Shown: positions 26,243 to 37,410 of the stretch, in pieces
Numbering within the stretch: the first letter of the stretch is position 1
How the letters are laid out: every line of letters starts with the position of its first letter
Assembly: GCF_963921235.1 (NCBI RefSeq)
Contig: NC_086108.1
Location: 81,780,001-81,844,000, forward strand
Direction of reading: 5' to 3'
Length of the DNA stretch: 64,000 nt
DNA from: Mobula hypostoma
Lineage: Eukaryota
Program-made: the position numbers and the translations under genes
The notes under the pieces: model-generated
Told to the model about the DNA's origin: nothing
The model's input: only the letters and a program-made list of their open reading frames with translations
Database searches by the model: none

Positions 26243-27025
26243 CAATGCATTCTGGTTAATTGGGACATACATTTTGGCTCAATTAGGTGGCTGCCCCAAT
26301 TAACCAGAGTTTCATGAAAATAGTTAAAAAGGTATACAAAAGACAAACTACGATTTAACTGTGTAACAAATTATGTATTTAAATAAAATACCGTACAAAT
26401 TAGAAAACTATCAATGCTACTTCAGTACTATAAAGCTTTTAGTTCCTAATAGTCATCAGCGGAGGAATTAATCCAGTGTATGCTGCTGTGTTCTTTTGAT
26501 TGTAGATAAACAAAGTCAGTGAAGAACCTTAGTGTAGACAATGGACAGCCTTTATACAATCCTTTCAATGATTGCATCCTCCAAATCTTCATTTTCATTG
26601 TAACATTCAAGATGATTGTTCATACCTTCCAATTCTTTGTAGTTTCTAACTTGGAAGTAGTGAAATCATTTCATTTTTACCCCTTACTGTTTTGGGCATC
26701 TCCAAGCCTGAATACTTGAAAATGCAATGAGCAAAATTGTCTTACTACTTATTTCTCACTAACTATCAGTGACAAAAATCACGGCTTTATAAACACAAAC
26801 ACGGGCTGTTTAAAAGCTTTCACTTTAAGCACGGTGTAGTGTCTAACAGCCATGCAATTTCACACAACTGACACCAGTTAGAAAATGTTTGGCTTCAGAT
26901 TCCTGCCCCAATTAAGCGGCATAGTGTCTGAAAAAATGGAGAATCCTAGCTATTTTCTGGATTAGTTTTTGCTCCCTAAGAGTTGGTCCAAATAAGTGGC
27001 TGCTCCAATTAACTGGAATCAACTG
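26243..27025 (-). mobile_element. Tigger/pogo-derived non-autonomous transposon with both TIRs
   Basis: TA-caatgcattctggttaattgg ... ccaattaactggaatcaactg-TA. Confidence 0.82.
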
Positions 27026-27353
27026 TACTTCTAAAATATAATTGATTCTTTGTAGTTAATTTGCAGTTTTATAGTGGTCCTACTCAATGTACTTCTGAAT
27101 CATCTGCCAAGTTTATTTGCGTCACAATTTTCTTTCATTGAGAGTAATGGCCTGGAACCTCCGCTAACCTTTAGCTCATCAGGCTATTCCGAATTGTTAT
27201 GTAACCCCAGGACCATTCTAGACAATTGCAAGGCTCAACTTAAAGCAAGGATTTTGTGTAAGTGACAAGTATCATCCAGGAATTGCCTTGAGAGCCAGTT
27301 AAGCCCTTCCCCAAGTTTACTGGATGCCCAGAGGAACTGAATGTTTGTGAATA

Positions 27354-28635
27354 TCTGGACTATTCCTCTTCTCACCCTGTCTCTTGCAAAAATGCCATCC
27401 CCTTCTCGCAATTCCTCCGTCTCCGCCGCATCTGCTCTCAGGATGAGGCTTTTCATTCTAGGACGAGGGAGATGTCTTCCTTTTTTAAAGAAAGGGGCTT
27501 CCCTTCCTCCACTATCAACTCTGCTCTTAAACGCATCTCCCCCATTTCACGTACATCTGCTCTCACTCCATCCTCCCACCACCCCACTAGGAATAGGGTT
27601 CCCCTGGTCCTCACCTACCACCCCACCAGTCCAACATATTATTCTCCGTAACTTCCGCCACCTCCAACGGGATCCCACCACTAAGCACATCTTTCCCTCC
27701 CCCCATCTCTCTGCATTCCGCAGGGATCGCTCCCTACACAACTCCCTTGTCCATTCGTCCCCCCCATCCCTCCCCACTGATCTCCCTCCTGGCACTTATC
27801 CGTGTAAGCGGAACAAGTGCTACACATGCCCTTACACTTCCTCCCTTACCACCATTCAGGGCCCCAAACAGTCCTCCCAGGTGAGGCAACACTTCACCTG
27901 TGAGTCAACTGGGGTGATATACTGCGTCCGGTGCTCCCGATGTGGCCTTTTATATATTGGCGAGACCCGACGCAGACTGGGAAACCGCTTTGCTGAACAT
28001 CTACGCTCTGTCCGCCAGAGAAAGCAGGATCTCCCAGTGGCCACACATTTTAGTTCCACATCCCATTCCCATTCTGACATGTCCATCCACGGCCTCCTCT
28101 ACTGTAAAGATGAAGCCACACTCAGGTTGGAGGAACAACACCTTATATTCCGTCTGGGTAGCCTCCAACCTGATGGCATGAACATCGACTTCTCTAACTT
28201 CCGCTAAGGCCCCACCTCCCCCTCGTACCCCATCTGTTACTCATTTTTATGCACACATTCTTTCTCTCACTCTCCTTTTTCTCCCTCTGTCCCTCTGAAT
28301 ATACCTCTTGCCCATCCTCTGGGTCCCCCCCCCCCCCCCGTCTTTCTTCCCGGACCTCCTGTCCCATGATCCTCTCGTATCCCCTTTTGCCTATCACCTG
28401 TCCAGCTCTTGGCTCTATCCCTCCCCCTCCTGTCTTCTATCATTTTGGATGTCCCCCTCCCCCTCCAACTTTCAAATCCCTTACTCACTCTTCCTTCAGT
28501 TAGTCCTGACGAAGAATCTCGGCCTGAAACGTCGACTGCACCTCTTCCTACAGATGCTGCCTGGCCTGCTGCGTTCACCAGCAACTTTGATGTGTGTTGC
28601 TTGAATTTCCAGCATCTGCAGAATTCCTGTTGTTT
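27354..28635 (+). mobile_element. Young 5'-truncated Penelope-like element with GIY-YIG endonuclease and 3' terminal region
   Basis: HFTCESTGVIYCVRCSRCGLLYIGETRRRLGNRFAEH, stop at 28207; CpG-rich; flanking duplication tgtttgtgaata (27342-27353 and 28631-28642). Confidence 0.92.
28502..28537 (+). ncRNA. Minimal type I hammerhead ribozyme motif within the Penelope-like element
   Basis: AGUC-CUGACGA-(stem II)-GAAA-C-GUC-GACU; helix I agtc/gact, palindromic ACGU helix III; stem II has a mismatch in this copy. Confidence 0.7.
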
Positions 28636-28781
28636 GTGAATAGGTTGGTCATTTATGAATATTCAAAGACATAGAAATGCTCATCATATTTAAAATACTA
28701 CAATAGTGTTTTAAAATTAATCAAGAACATTTAATCAGTTAATTAACTCAACTGAAACTCAAAGGTAATTATCCTGTACTT

Positions 28782-28897
28782 ACAACGAAATCTGCAGATG
28801 CTGGAATTTCAAGCAACACACGGCCCGAAACGTCGACTGTACCTCTTCCTATAGATGCTGCCTGGCCTGCTGCGTTCACCAGCAACTTTTATGCGTG
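28782..28897. mobile_element. 116-bp internally inverted Penelope-like 3'-end insertion
   Basis: first ~40 nt are the reverse complement of the element end, the rest is forward; 13-bp TSD ttatcctgtactt / ttatcatgtactt. Confidence 0.82.
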
Positions 28898-29963
28898 TTA
28901 TCATGTACTTGTCATTTTCCCTGCAGCAGATTCTTCACATTCATTATATGAATGGGCCCATTGCACTTTAAGCAAGCACGTCCCCTTCCCATTAGATGCT
29001 GAAAGATAGGCAAAACTCGTGTTCCATTGCTAGATTCCATGAGGAATTCAGCAGAGGACATCCTTATCTCAAGAGCATTTGAGTTTCTGCAAATCTGTGT
29101 TTACACTGCTGGTTTTCAGAGTTACATATCTGGTTGAGATTTTTGAAAGCACTGGGAAGTTAGTGATTTTGTCTAATTCCCTTTGAGGTTATAGTGGAGA
29201 GTTGCCTTGAACATTCGCTATAGGTAACTAAATTAATGTTTCTTTTAAATATTTATTAACTATTGTTGACTGCTGCCCATCGGAAAGAATTAACAGCTGA
29301 TATTTTAGTTTCTAATCTACATTGGTCAACAATGGCATATGTTGGATTAATGGGAATCTAATGTCTTCCTGCTTATGGAAAGTATTTTAAGCAGTTAGTT
29401 CTAGAAGGAAGCAATTGAACTAATGTTTTGATAATAAATAGGGATGTTTTTGTAATGTTTAGAATCATAGAAACATATAACATTTAAGGAAAATCTATTC
29501 TTACTTCATGTTTATGACTTGCCAAAACGTGCAATGTCCTTTCTCCCTGATAAAGTAGTTGACGAGATATCCAAAAAAAAGTTGAATTGGTTGCTCAAGT
29601 GACAGTAACAATTTGCCTCTTATTACAACTAAGTCCCATATATCAACTGGTCAGCTTTAATTTACACTATTTTGACTCTGTTTAATGTTGTATTGTGGTG
29701 ATGCAATAGTTTTATATTATATTAGATAGAGGAGAGCATCACATTTAAAAACAAATATTTTTCTTCATTAGATTGCAATTGATGCTTTTGAAAGCCTCAT
29801 GTTAGAAGTTAAACAGTATCTGGGAGAGAAAATTAGTTTGTAGCCAGTTGTATTAAAGAGAGGCTAAGATTAGGGATTCATTCCATCCTGTCAAGCAGAT
29901 GGGATCCAGACAGAAGTTCCATTGTCAGCACGATTGCTCATGCTTATAATATACTGTATATTC

Positions 29964-30308
29964 TTTCTTTTTAAATCTTTTTATTGAATAAGTATACAAA
30001 AAGGTAAGCCATATAGACACTAATACACTGTTAGAATATAATAAAATTACAGAAGATATTATTACAAAAAAAAACTACAAACAATGTAATTTAAACATAA
30101 CATACCAAGGTAACATAATAGTATACTAATTTTTATATATATATCAATAAAGAAAAGGAAAACGCCCCCCCAAAAAAAACCACCGTGCAACTAACTAAAA
30201 GCAAAGCAAAGCAATGGGCTAACTTGAAACTAAAGAGTTAAACTTAAAATCACGTCCTCAATCCCGACCTCCATTAAAAACAGTAAAAAAAAACAAGAAG
30301 GGTATATA
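29964..30308 (-). mobile_element. Retroposed 3' UTR fragment, probably L1/Tx1 type
   Basis: perfect 20-bp TSD ttataatatactgtatattc (29944-29963 and 30309-30328); AATAAA and A-rich tail on minus strand. Confidence 0.75.
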
Positions 30309-30519
30309 TTATAATATACTGTATATTCATGTTAAAATTTGTACTAGTGGGGATTCCCAACGTGGTGTATACTTTGTGCATATAAGGTGACCTTGATGAC
30401 ATGTATAATAATGCTCAGTTTTTTAACTTATTTGTTTTGTGTCATCTGGTATGCTAATTACACCTTAACTAAAATATTCCTATTCTGAAATCGTAACCAA
30501 CTGTTCTGGTTCTCTGTAG

Positions 30520-30596
30520 GTTTCAATCTCTTCAAAACTTTCTTTGAGATAGTAAATCTATCTGACCATCGACTAAAAAGACAGGGTGCTCAGCTG
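30520..30596 (+). CDS. USP24: USP24 exon 7 (G-FNLFKTFFEIVNLSDHRLKRQGAQL)
   Basis: ctgtag acceptor, gtaaga donor, 77 nt, phase 1/0 matches exon 6. Confidence 0.95.
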
Positions 30597-30859
30597 GTAA
30601 GATAAATGTTCTCTTATGCTTCAATTTGTACTTGTTCTGGAAGTATCTATGAATTTTTAAGTTTACTTCAAAAATTCTGAAACAGAACTTGAATGATGAG
30701 TTGAATTAAGCAGTGTTTAAAATGTTACCTGGTTATATAGCATAGTTCCCTGAAATTTTTGGACTGCATTGCAAACAATGATATACAGTTTATCGACATC
30801 AATGGGACAGTAGAATATGAATTCTAACAAAAAGGCAGTTCACACCTGAGGTAATTTTT

Positions 30860-31420
30860 CTTTTTAGTGCACAGACTATGCAGCGGTCCATTTCTGACTT
30901 CTCTCTTCTTTACATCTCAATTTGTTTCCTGAATGGAAGTCAATATATTATAACCCAATGACTCCCATAACCAACTCCACTGCACCTTCTTATAACCTGT
31001 CTTCTATAAAAAGTACTTTCTATTATCTCAGTTTCTCTTTCTCTATGAAAACCACCTTTCCCTCTACCGTAGCCAACGTGGTTGTCAACTTGTCACCTCT
31101 ATTTTGCATAGGTCTCATCCTCTTGCCTCCAACACAGAGCAAGGATTGGGTTTTCCCTTACCCCCACAAGCTTCCACATTCAAAAGATCATTCTCATGTC
31201 CACCTCTTCCAACATGATCCTACCACAGACACATCTTCCCATCTCCAACACTCACAGCTCTTCTCATAGTCATTTTCCATGCAACCTTTGTTCTGTGTCC
31301 CTCCTCCCTCCACCTGGAAAAACATATGACATTTCTCATTGTGAAGGAGGGTCCTTGAACTTAAAAAGTTAACTTGCTCTTTCCCCTGATTGTGTTTGAT
31401 CTGCTGTATTCTACACTTTT
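30860..31420 (+). mobile_element. Old, decayed Penelope-like fragment
   Basis: HLFQHDPTT...HL resembles RHLQRDPTTKHIF at ~27660; degraded terminal motif. Confidence 0.5.
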
Positions 31421-31773
31421 TTTGTTGGCCAAAGTGGTCACATGAAACTAATGTGAGTTTAATTAATAAAAGCAATTAAGTCTTTACGGTTAAGGTCTAA
31501 GATGTCATTGTGGGTGCTGTCATTGTTCTTTGTACCATATGCAAACTGGGCTTTACCATGAGGTGTCACTTTCAGCAGAATTTACATGGATAATGACTTG
31601 TTCTTGTAGAAAATGCTGCTACATTTTGCTTGTGTGTTTTTTTTAGTGCTTGGGCCATTTTATGGATTCTGCACACTATTTTCATCAAAAATTTTTTGAC
31701 AAAGTATTTTTTTCTGTCTGTGGCATCCTTTTCCTCTGACAATATGAGCACATGAGAACAGAGGACGCACGTG

Positions 31774-34018
31774 CACGCCCACGTAGAAGTTTGGGCACCC
31801 CGGTCAAAATTTCTGTTACTGTGAATAGTTAAGTGAGTAGAAGATGAACTGATCTCCAAAAGTCATAAAGTTAAAGATGAAACATTCTTTTTAACATTTT
31901 AAGCAAGATTAGTGTATTAGTTTTGTTTTGTACAATTTTAGAGTGAAAATAAGGAAAGGAGCACCATGCAAAAGTTTGGGCACCCCAAGAGATTTGAGCT
32001 CTCAGATAACTTTTTTTTAGGTTATGAGGACACGCAGTCCTCTTTTATTGTCATTTAGTAATGCATGCATTAAGAAATGATACAATGTTTTTCCAGAATG
32101 ATATCGCAGAAACACATGACAAACCAACTTAAAAACTGACAAAAACCACATAATTATAACATATAGTTACAACAGTGCAAAGCAATACCGTAATTTGATA
32201 AGAACAGACCATGGGCATGGTAAAAGTCTCAAAGTCTCTCGAAAGTCCCATCATCTCATGCAGACGGTAAACATCCAGCGCCGCAAACTTGCCGATGCAG
32301 CATCCTGGAAGCACCCGACCACAGTCTGACTCAGAGCCCATTGGAAAACTCCGAGCCTCCGACCAGCTCTCCGACACTGAGCACCATCTGTGCCAAGCGT
32401 TTTGACCCCGGCAATAGGCAAAGCCGAGGATTTGGGGCCTTCTCCTCCGGCGATTCTCGATCGCACAGTAGCAGCGGCAGTGAAGCGGGCATTTCAGAAG
32501 TTTCTCCAGATGTTCCTCCGTGCTTCTTCACATCTGTCTCCATCAAATCAGGATTGTGCACGGCATCCTACTTAACAAATATGATATCATTCGGAACGGC
32601 CGCGCGTGCTGCGTCGCGCCACCATCTTCTCCTCCCTCCTTAGACCTTAAGGTCTTAGACCTTAAATAGCTTGTTAGGGCTATGGCTTGTTCACAGTCAT
32701 CATTAGGAAAGGCCAGGTGATGTAAATTTCAAAGCTTTATAAATACCCTGACTCCTCAAACCTTGTCCCAACAATCAGCAGCCATGAGCTCCTTTAAGCA
32801 GCTGCCTAGCACTCTGAAAATTAAAATAAATGATGCTCACCAAGCAGGAGAAGGCTATAAGAAGATAGCAAAGTGTTTTCAGGTAGCCGTTTCCTCAGTT
32901 TGTAATGTAATTAAGAAATGGCAGTTAACAGGAACGGGGGTCAAGTTGAGGTCTGGAAGACCAAAAAAACTTTACGAGAGAACTGCTCGTAGGATTGCAA
33001 GAAAGGCAAATCAAAACTCCCGTTTGACTGCGAAAGCCTTACAGGAATATTTAGCAGACTCTGGAGTACTGTTCTACTGTGCAACGACACCTGCACAAAT
33101 ATGGCCTTCATGGAAGAGTCATCAGAAGAAAACCTTTCCTGCATCCTCACCGCAAAATTCAGCGTCGGAAGTTTGCAAAGGAACATCTAAACAAGCCTGA
33201 TGTAGTTTGGAAACAAGTCTGGTGGACTGATGAAGTTAATAGAACTTTTTGGCCGCAATGAGCAAAGGTATGTTTGGAGAAAAAAAAAACGGTGCAGAAT
33301 TTCATGAAAAGAACACCTGTTAACACAACTGTTAAGCACGGGGGCGGATCGATCATGCTTTGGGCTTGTGTTGCAGCCAGTGGCACGGGGAACGTTTCAC
33401 TGGTAGAGGGAAGAATGAATTCAATTAAATACCAGCAAATCCTGGAAGCAAACATCACACCGTCTGGGAAAAAAAATGCTGAAGATGAAAAGAGGATGGC
33501 TTCTACATCAGGATAATGATCCTAAACGCACCTCAAAATCCACAATGGACTACCTCAAGAGGAGCAAGCTGAAGGTTTTGCCCTGTCCTCTGACCCCTGA
33601 CCTAAACATCATTGAAAATCTGTGTATAGACCTCAAAAGAGCAGAGCATGCAAGACAGCCCAAGAATCTCACAGAACTAGAAGCCTTTTTCAAGGAAGAA
33701 TGGGCAGAAATCCCCCAAACAAGAATTGAAAGACTCTTAGCTGGCTACAGAAAGCCCTTATGAGCTATGATACTTGCCAAAGGGGCTGTTACTAAGTACT
33801 GACCATGCAGGGTGCCCAAACTTTTGCTTCGGGCCCTTTTCCTTTTTTGTTATTTTGAAACTGTAAAAGATGGAAATAAAAAAGTAATCTTAAAATATTA
33901 AAGAATTGTGTCACCTTTAACTTTATGCCTTTTGGAAATCAGTTCATCTTTTACTCATTTAGCTATTCACAGTAACAGATACTTTGACCAGGTGTACCCA
34001 AACTTTTACATGCCACTG
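31774..34018 (+). mobile_element. Tc1 IR/DR-type DNA transposon, near full length, frameshifted transposase ~32784-33802
   Basis: ~210-bp inverted termini with repeated aagtttgggcaccc motif, 3' TA; GEGYKKIAK, GRPKKL, WTDE, VKHGGGSIMLW, QDNDPK, PDLNIIEN. Confidence 0.92.
32011..32640 (-). mobile_element. CpG-rich non-coding retroelement nested in the Tc1 5' region
   Basis: minus strand starts ggagggaggagaagatggtggcg and ends AATAAA, stem-loop, A8; composition differs sharply from the Tc1. Confidence 0.65.
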
Positions 34019-34020
34019 TA

Positions 34021-34068
<48 letters not shown>

Positions 34069-34092
34069 CACACTCTCACTCACTCACTCACT
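34019..34092. repeat. (TG)n microsatellite followed by (TA), (CA) and (CTCA) repeats
   Basis: directly visible, adjacent to the Tc1 right end. Confidence 0.95.
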
Positions 34093-35489
34093 CAGAAAGC
34101 ATATCTAGCATCTTATTATATCCACATCCCATCTTTCTCCCCATCAGTCAGAGAATGGCTGCTTTTGCTTGGTATTATTTGGCACATTTCCTTCAGGACT
34201 TCTCTCTGAATCTCACCTCTGTGTTACAGTCAGATTGGTGTTTCACTTGAAGGTTGCCTTGTAAAAGCCAATGGATAACTGAAATAGTGATTCTGCTGCC
34301 TAATGACTTCTTGTAAGAAGTCTATAAAGTATCTCAATTGACAATGGTTTACTGAATGTTGCAAAACTTTGTTCTGTAACACCGAGTAATAGATCTACGA
34401 TTGGATGCAGACCAACACTGCAGTTGGTGAGATAGTGGGAGGATTCCAGCATTTACCTGTGGACAGAGATCATTTGCAGTAGCTTAGGCTGAATAATGTT
34501 TGTATGATCAGCCATGCCCAACACATCTGCTAACTTTCTCACTGTCAACAAACTACATGCATCCAAGAATATCTAGAGAATCAAGGTCATCAGCTACCTC
34601 TGGAATCTGCTTGACATATCATTACAATGTTGACCAACCTCTTGTAAGCCCTTGTGCTTTCAAATGCTATTATCAATTCAGGAGTTCCCTTCCCATACTC
34701 TTTATTGTCTGTTATTTGCAATCCAAACCAGGAAGTACTGGAAATATTAAACAGTATCTGTGGACAAAGACATTTTATATCAATGATCTTTCAGCATGTG
34801 GACTACTGAACGTCAATTCAGGAGTTCCTGTGATACTGTAGGAATTTGGACCTGGTAATCCCACTACTTTCTGCTGTAGCTTCCAAGGTGTACTTGGCTA
34901 GCTCGCTTTCTGGCATTGCAGCAGGCAATTGAAAAGCTAGCAGGGAACTGGATACACAGAGTCCTGAGAGTGAAGATCTTTCCCTTTCTGCTACTTTTCT
35001 GCCACTTATTGTCATGTCTCAGGAACTCAGCTAGCTTTCTCCCTTTTTAAAAAAAAACAGCATTATTTCTGAAAGTGGTACCTCCTATTCAGTGAAATGG
35101 TCTTGGAGATTATAATTAATGCTGGCAGTTCATCTTAAATATTAAAATGCAATGTTTTCCAACTGTAAAAATAAATCAGCTGCTAAACAGCTATGCTTTA
35201 TGGTAGGAAAACAATGCCTCTGGTAATCCTTTGTCAGCTCTAAAGATGTATTGTTGCTGTTTTGAAATGACCACCAGCAAGAACAGTATTTGACAGTTTA
35301 CTTCAGTTTTTAACTTCTATTACTTCACAAGTAGAACATCCTGGGTCCTGTTCTGACAATGTCATGAAATCCAATTAAAACCAATTAAAATGTTTTGTGG
35401 ATGATTTCTGCTGATTCTAAATTTTTAACACTGATACCGTTCTTTGACATAATAGTTTAATGAAAACTTTTCAGAAAACCATTAACATG

Positions 35490-35675
35490 ATAATCTGCAG
35501 ATGCTGGAAATCCAATGTAACAACACAAAATGCTGGACGAACTCAGCAGTTCAGGCAGCATCTATGGAAAGGAATAAAGAGTTGATATTTCAGGCTGGAA
35601 ACCCTTCATTAGGACTAGAACAAAAAGGGGGAAGAAGCCAGCATAAAAAGGTGGGGGAATGGGGAGTACAAGCTT
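35490..35675 (-). mobile_element. Penelope-like 3'-terminal fragment with degenerate hammerhead motif
   Basis: tctgcagatgctggaaatcca...tttcaggctggaaacccttcattaggact is the reverse complement of the family terminus. Confidence 0.75.
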
Positions 35676-35848
35676 GGTGTAGACTTTGTCTGGTGCAGTG
35701 TTGCCTTATTAGTCATTATTTTTGTTAATTAGAAGCTGTTGAATAGCAGTTAGAAGCAATATTTGATAAAATCAGGAAGTGTCACAGGTGGTAAAATAAT
35801 TGCTCAACAGATACAAATTAACTCTTTCACACTGTCTGTGCTAATCAG

Positions 35849-35989
35849 CATGTTGAAAAGCTGGAGCTATCAGGAATGGACTTTATCTGGAGAATTGCCA
35901 TGGAATCACCAGACGAAGAAATTGCCCATGAGGCGATCCATCTGATCATTAATTACAGCTACATTAGCCTGAATCCACGTTTGAAAAAG
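35849..35989 (+). CDS. USP24: USP24 exon 8 (HVEKLELSGMDFIWRIAMESPDEEIAHEAIHLIINYSYISLNPRLKK)
   Basis: ctaatcag acceptor, gtatgc donor, 141 nt. Confidence 0.94.
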
Positions 35990-36481
35990 GTATGCAAAGT
36001 GTGTTTAAAATGGGTTAATACTATGAAATGTATATCAGAAAGTTTGCTTACACTTGCAGGTTCTCAGTTGCCTAAGCATTAATATTGTCTTTAATATAAT
36101 GTGAAATTAAAGAGGTGGTATTAATTCAAATAGTCTTTGCTTCTGACTAATAGATTTCTCTCTCTCACTCAAAATTTGCCATTTTCGTCTGTTTATATTA
36201 GTTTCCTTAGTTTTGGTTTATTCAAAAAGAAAGCTGAGATATCAATTCAAAAGCTTGTATACAACAGGACAACCAAAGTATATGCAGGTATCTTGTAGCA
36301 TAAAAGTTGAATCTCAATCATCATCTTACTGGTTTGAAGTGTTTCAAACTTCTATTGGTCAGAACTACTGCAGAAGTAATACAAAGCCATGCTAAAGGGA
36401 CATAAATGAACACTGAGATAGCTTTCTAAATTTGGCCAGTATAATGTAAAATTATTAGTTGTGATGTAAGAATCAGTTCTC

Positions 36482-36816
36482 GGCCAGCTGGTGGCGCAAC
36501 TTCATCGGCGCCGGACCTGGGAGCGGAGGTTCCCGGGTTCGAAGCTAGTCGGGTCCGCCCCCAAGTACGCTTTCCATCCGTGCCGGGTTGAGTGTCGAGA
36601 CCGCAACTCAACCTCGTAAAACAAAAGGGAAAATACTGCAAAAATGTCGGTGTGAGGAGTGACGCACTACACTGTGTGCGTGCGTGTGTGTGTGTGTCTC
36701 TCTCTCCCCCTCCCCCCTCCCTCCCTCCCTCTCTCCCTCTCTCCCACCCCCATGAAAAATCCATCATCACGCACACGCACAGACTCGCATGCACACAGGC
36801 ACACCCCCAAAAAAAA
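36482..36816 (+). mobile_element. tRNA-derived SINE with internal microsatellite and poly-A tail
   Basis: ggttcgaa B box; TSD aagaatcagttct / aagaatcaattct; homologous to 47021-47411. Confidence 0.85.
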
Positions 36817-37156
36817 AAGAATCAATTCTTGGTGAGTGTTACTTTAATAATGAGGAAAGTTGCTTTCACATTTCTGCTGGATTGCAAAATAGTGGTAAAA
36901 ACAGAAGAATCCAGGAATCATTCTGCATATCAGGCAGCCTGTGTACAAAGAGAAAACGGCTAACAGGAATCCTTCATCAGAGCTGTAAATGAGATTTACA
37001 AAGTATTGTTTAAATTTTAGAGAAATGCAATTGCTTCAAAATTGAAAACGTTTCATCAAACACTAAATTAATTTCAGATATGAAATATGTTGTACCTGTC
37101 AGTTTGTTTATGGCAGATGAATACAAAGACTGATTGTGATTTCACTTCTCTTTCAG

Positions 37157-37210
37157 GATTCTGTTTCCCTTCATAAGAAATTCATAGCAGATTGTTACAA
37201 ACGTTTGGAA
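37157..37210 (+). CDS. USP24: USP24 exon 9 (DSVSLHKKFIADCYKRLE)
   Basis: tttcag acceptor, gtaagt donor, 54 nt. Confidence 0.95.
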
Positions 37211-37294
37211 GTAAGTGCAAAGATTAAATGTGTTTTATTTTTTTAATTGATGAGATCATTTTGTTACATTTTGCTTCATTTCTCACAATTGCAG

Positions 37295-37410
37295 GTTGCT
37301 AGTTCAGCTTTAGGAGGCCCTACCTTGACACATGCTGTTACAAGAGCAACTAAAATGTTAACAGCCACAGCCATGCCCACTGTTGCTACATCAGTACAGT
37401 CACCATCCAG
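37295..37410 (+). CDS. USP24: USP24 exon 10 (VASSALGGPTLTHAVTRATKMLTATAMPTVATSVQSPS-R)
   Basis: tgcag acceptor after an 84-nt intron, gtaata donor, 116 nt, ends in phase 2. Confidence 0.95.

Noticed and set aside
27341..28207. 288-aa ORF as a novel nuclease gene
   Set aside because: It is the GIY-YIG end of a 5'-truncated Penelope-like element. The ATG lies in the target-site flank and the N-terminal third is an out-of-frame read of the element.
34198..34252. Possible poison exon after cttcag with an in-frame TGA
   Set aside because: The donor (gttgcc) is poor and there is no conservation or transcript evidence.
34897..35030. Two adjacent hairpins as an intronic H/ACA snoRNA (gctagct...agctagc and tcctgaga...tctcagga)
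   Set aside because: No ANANNA hinge between the hairpins and no terminal ACA box; stems this short arise by chance.
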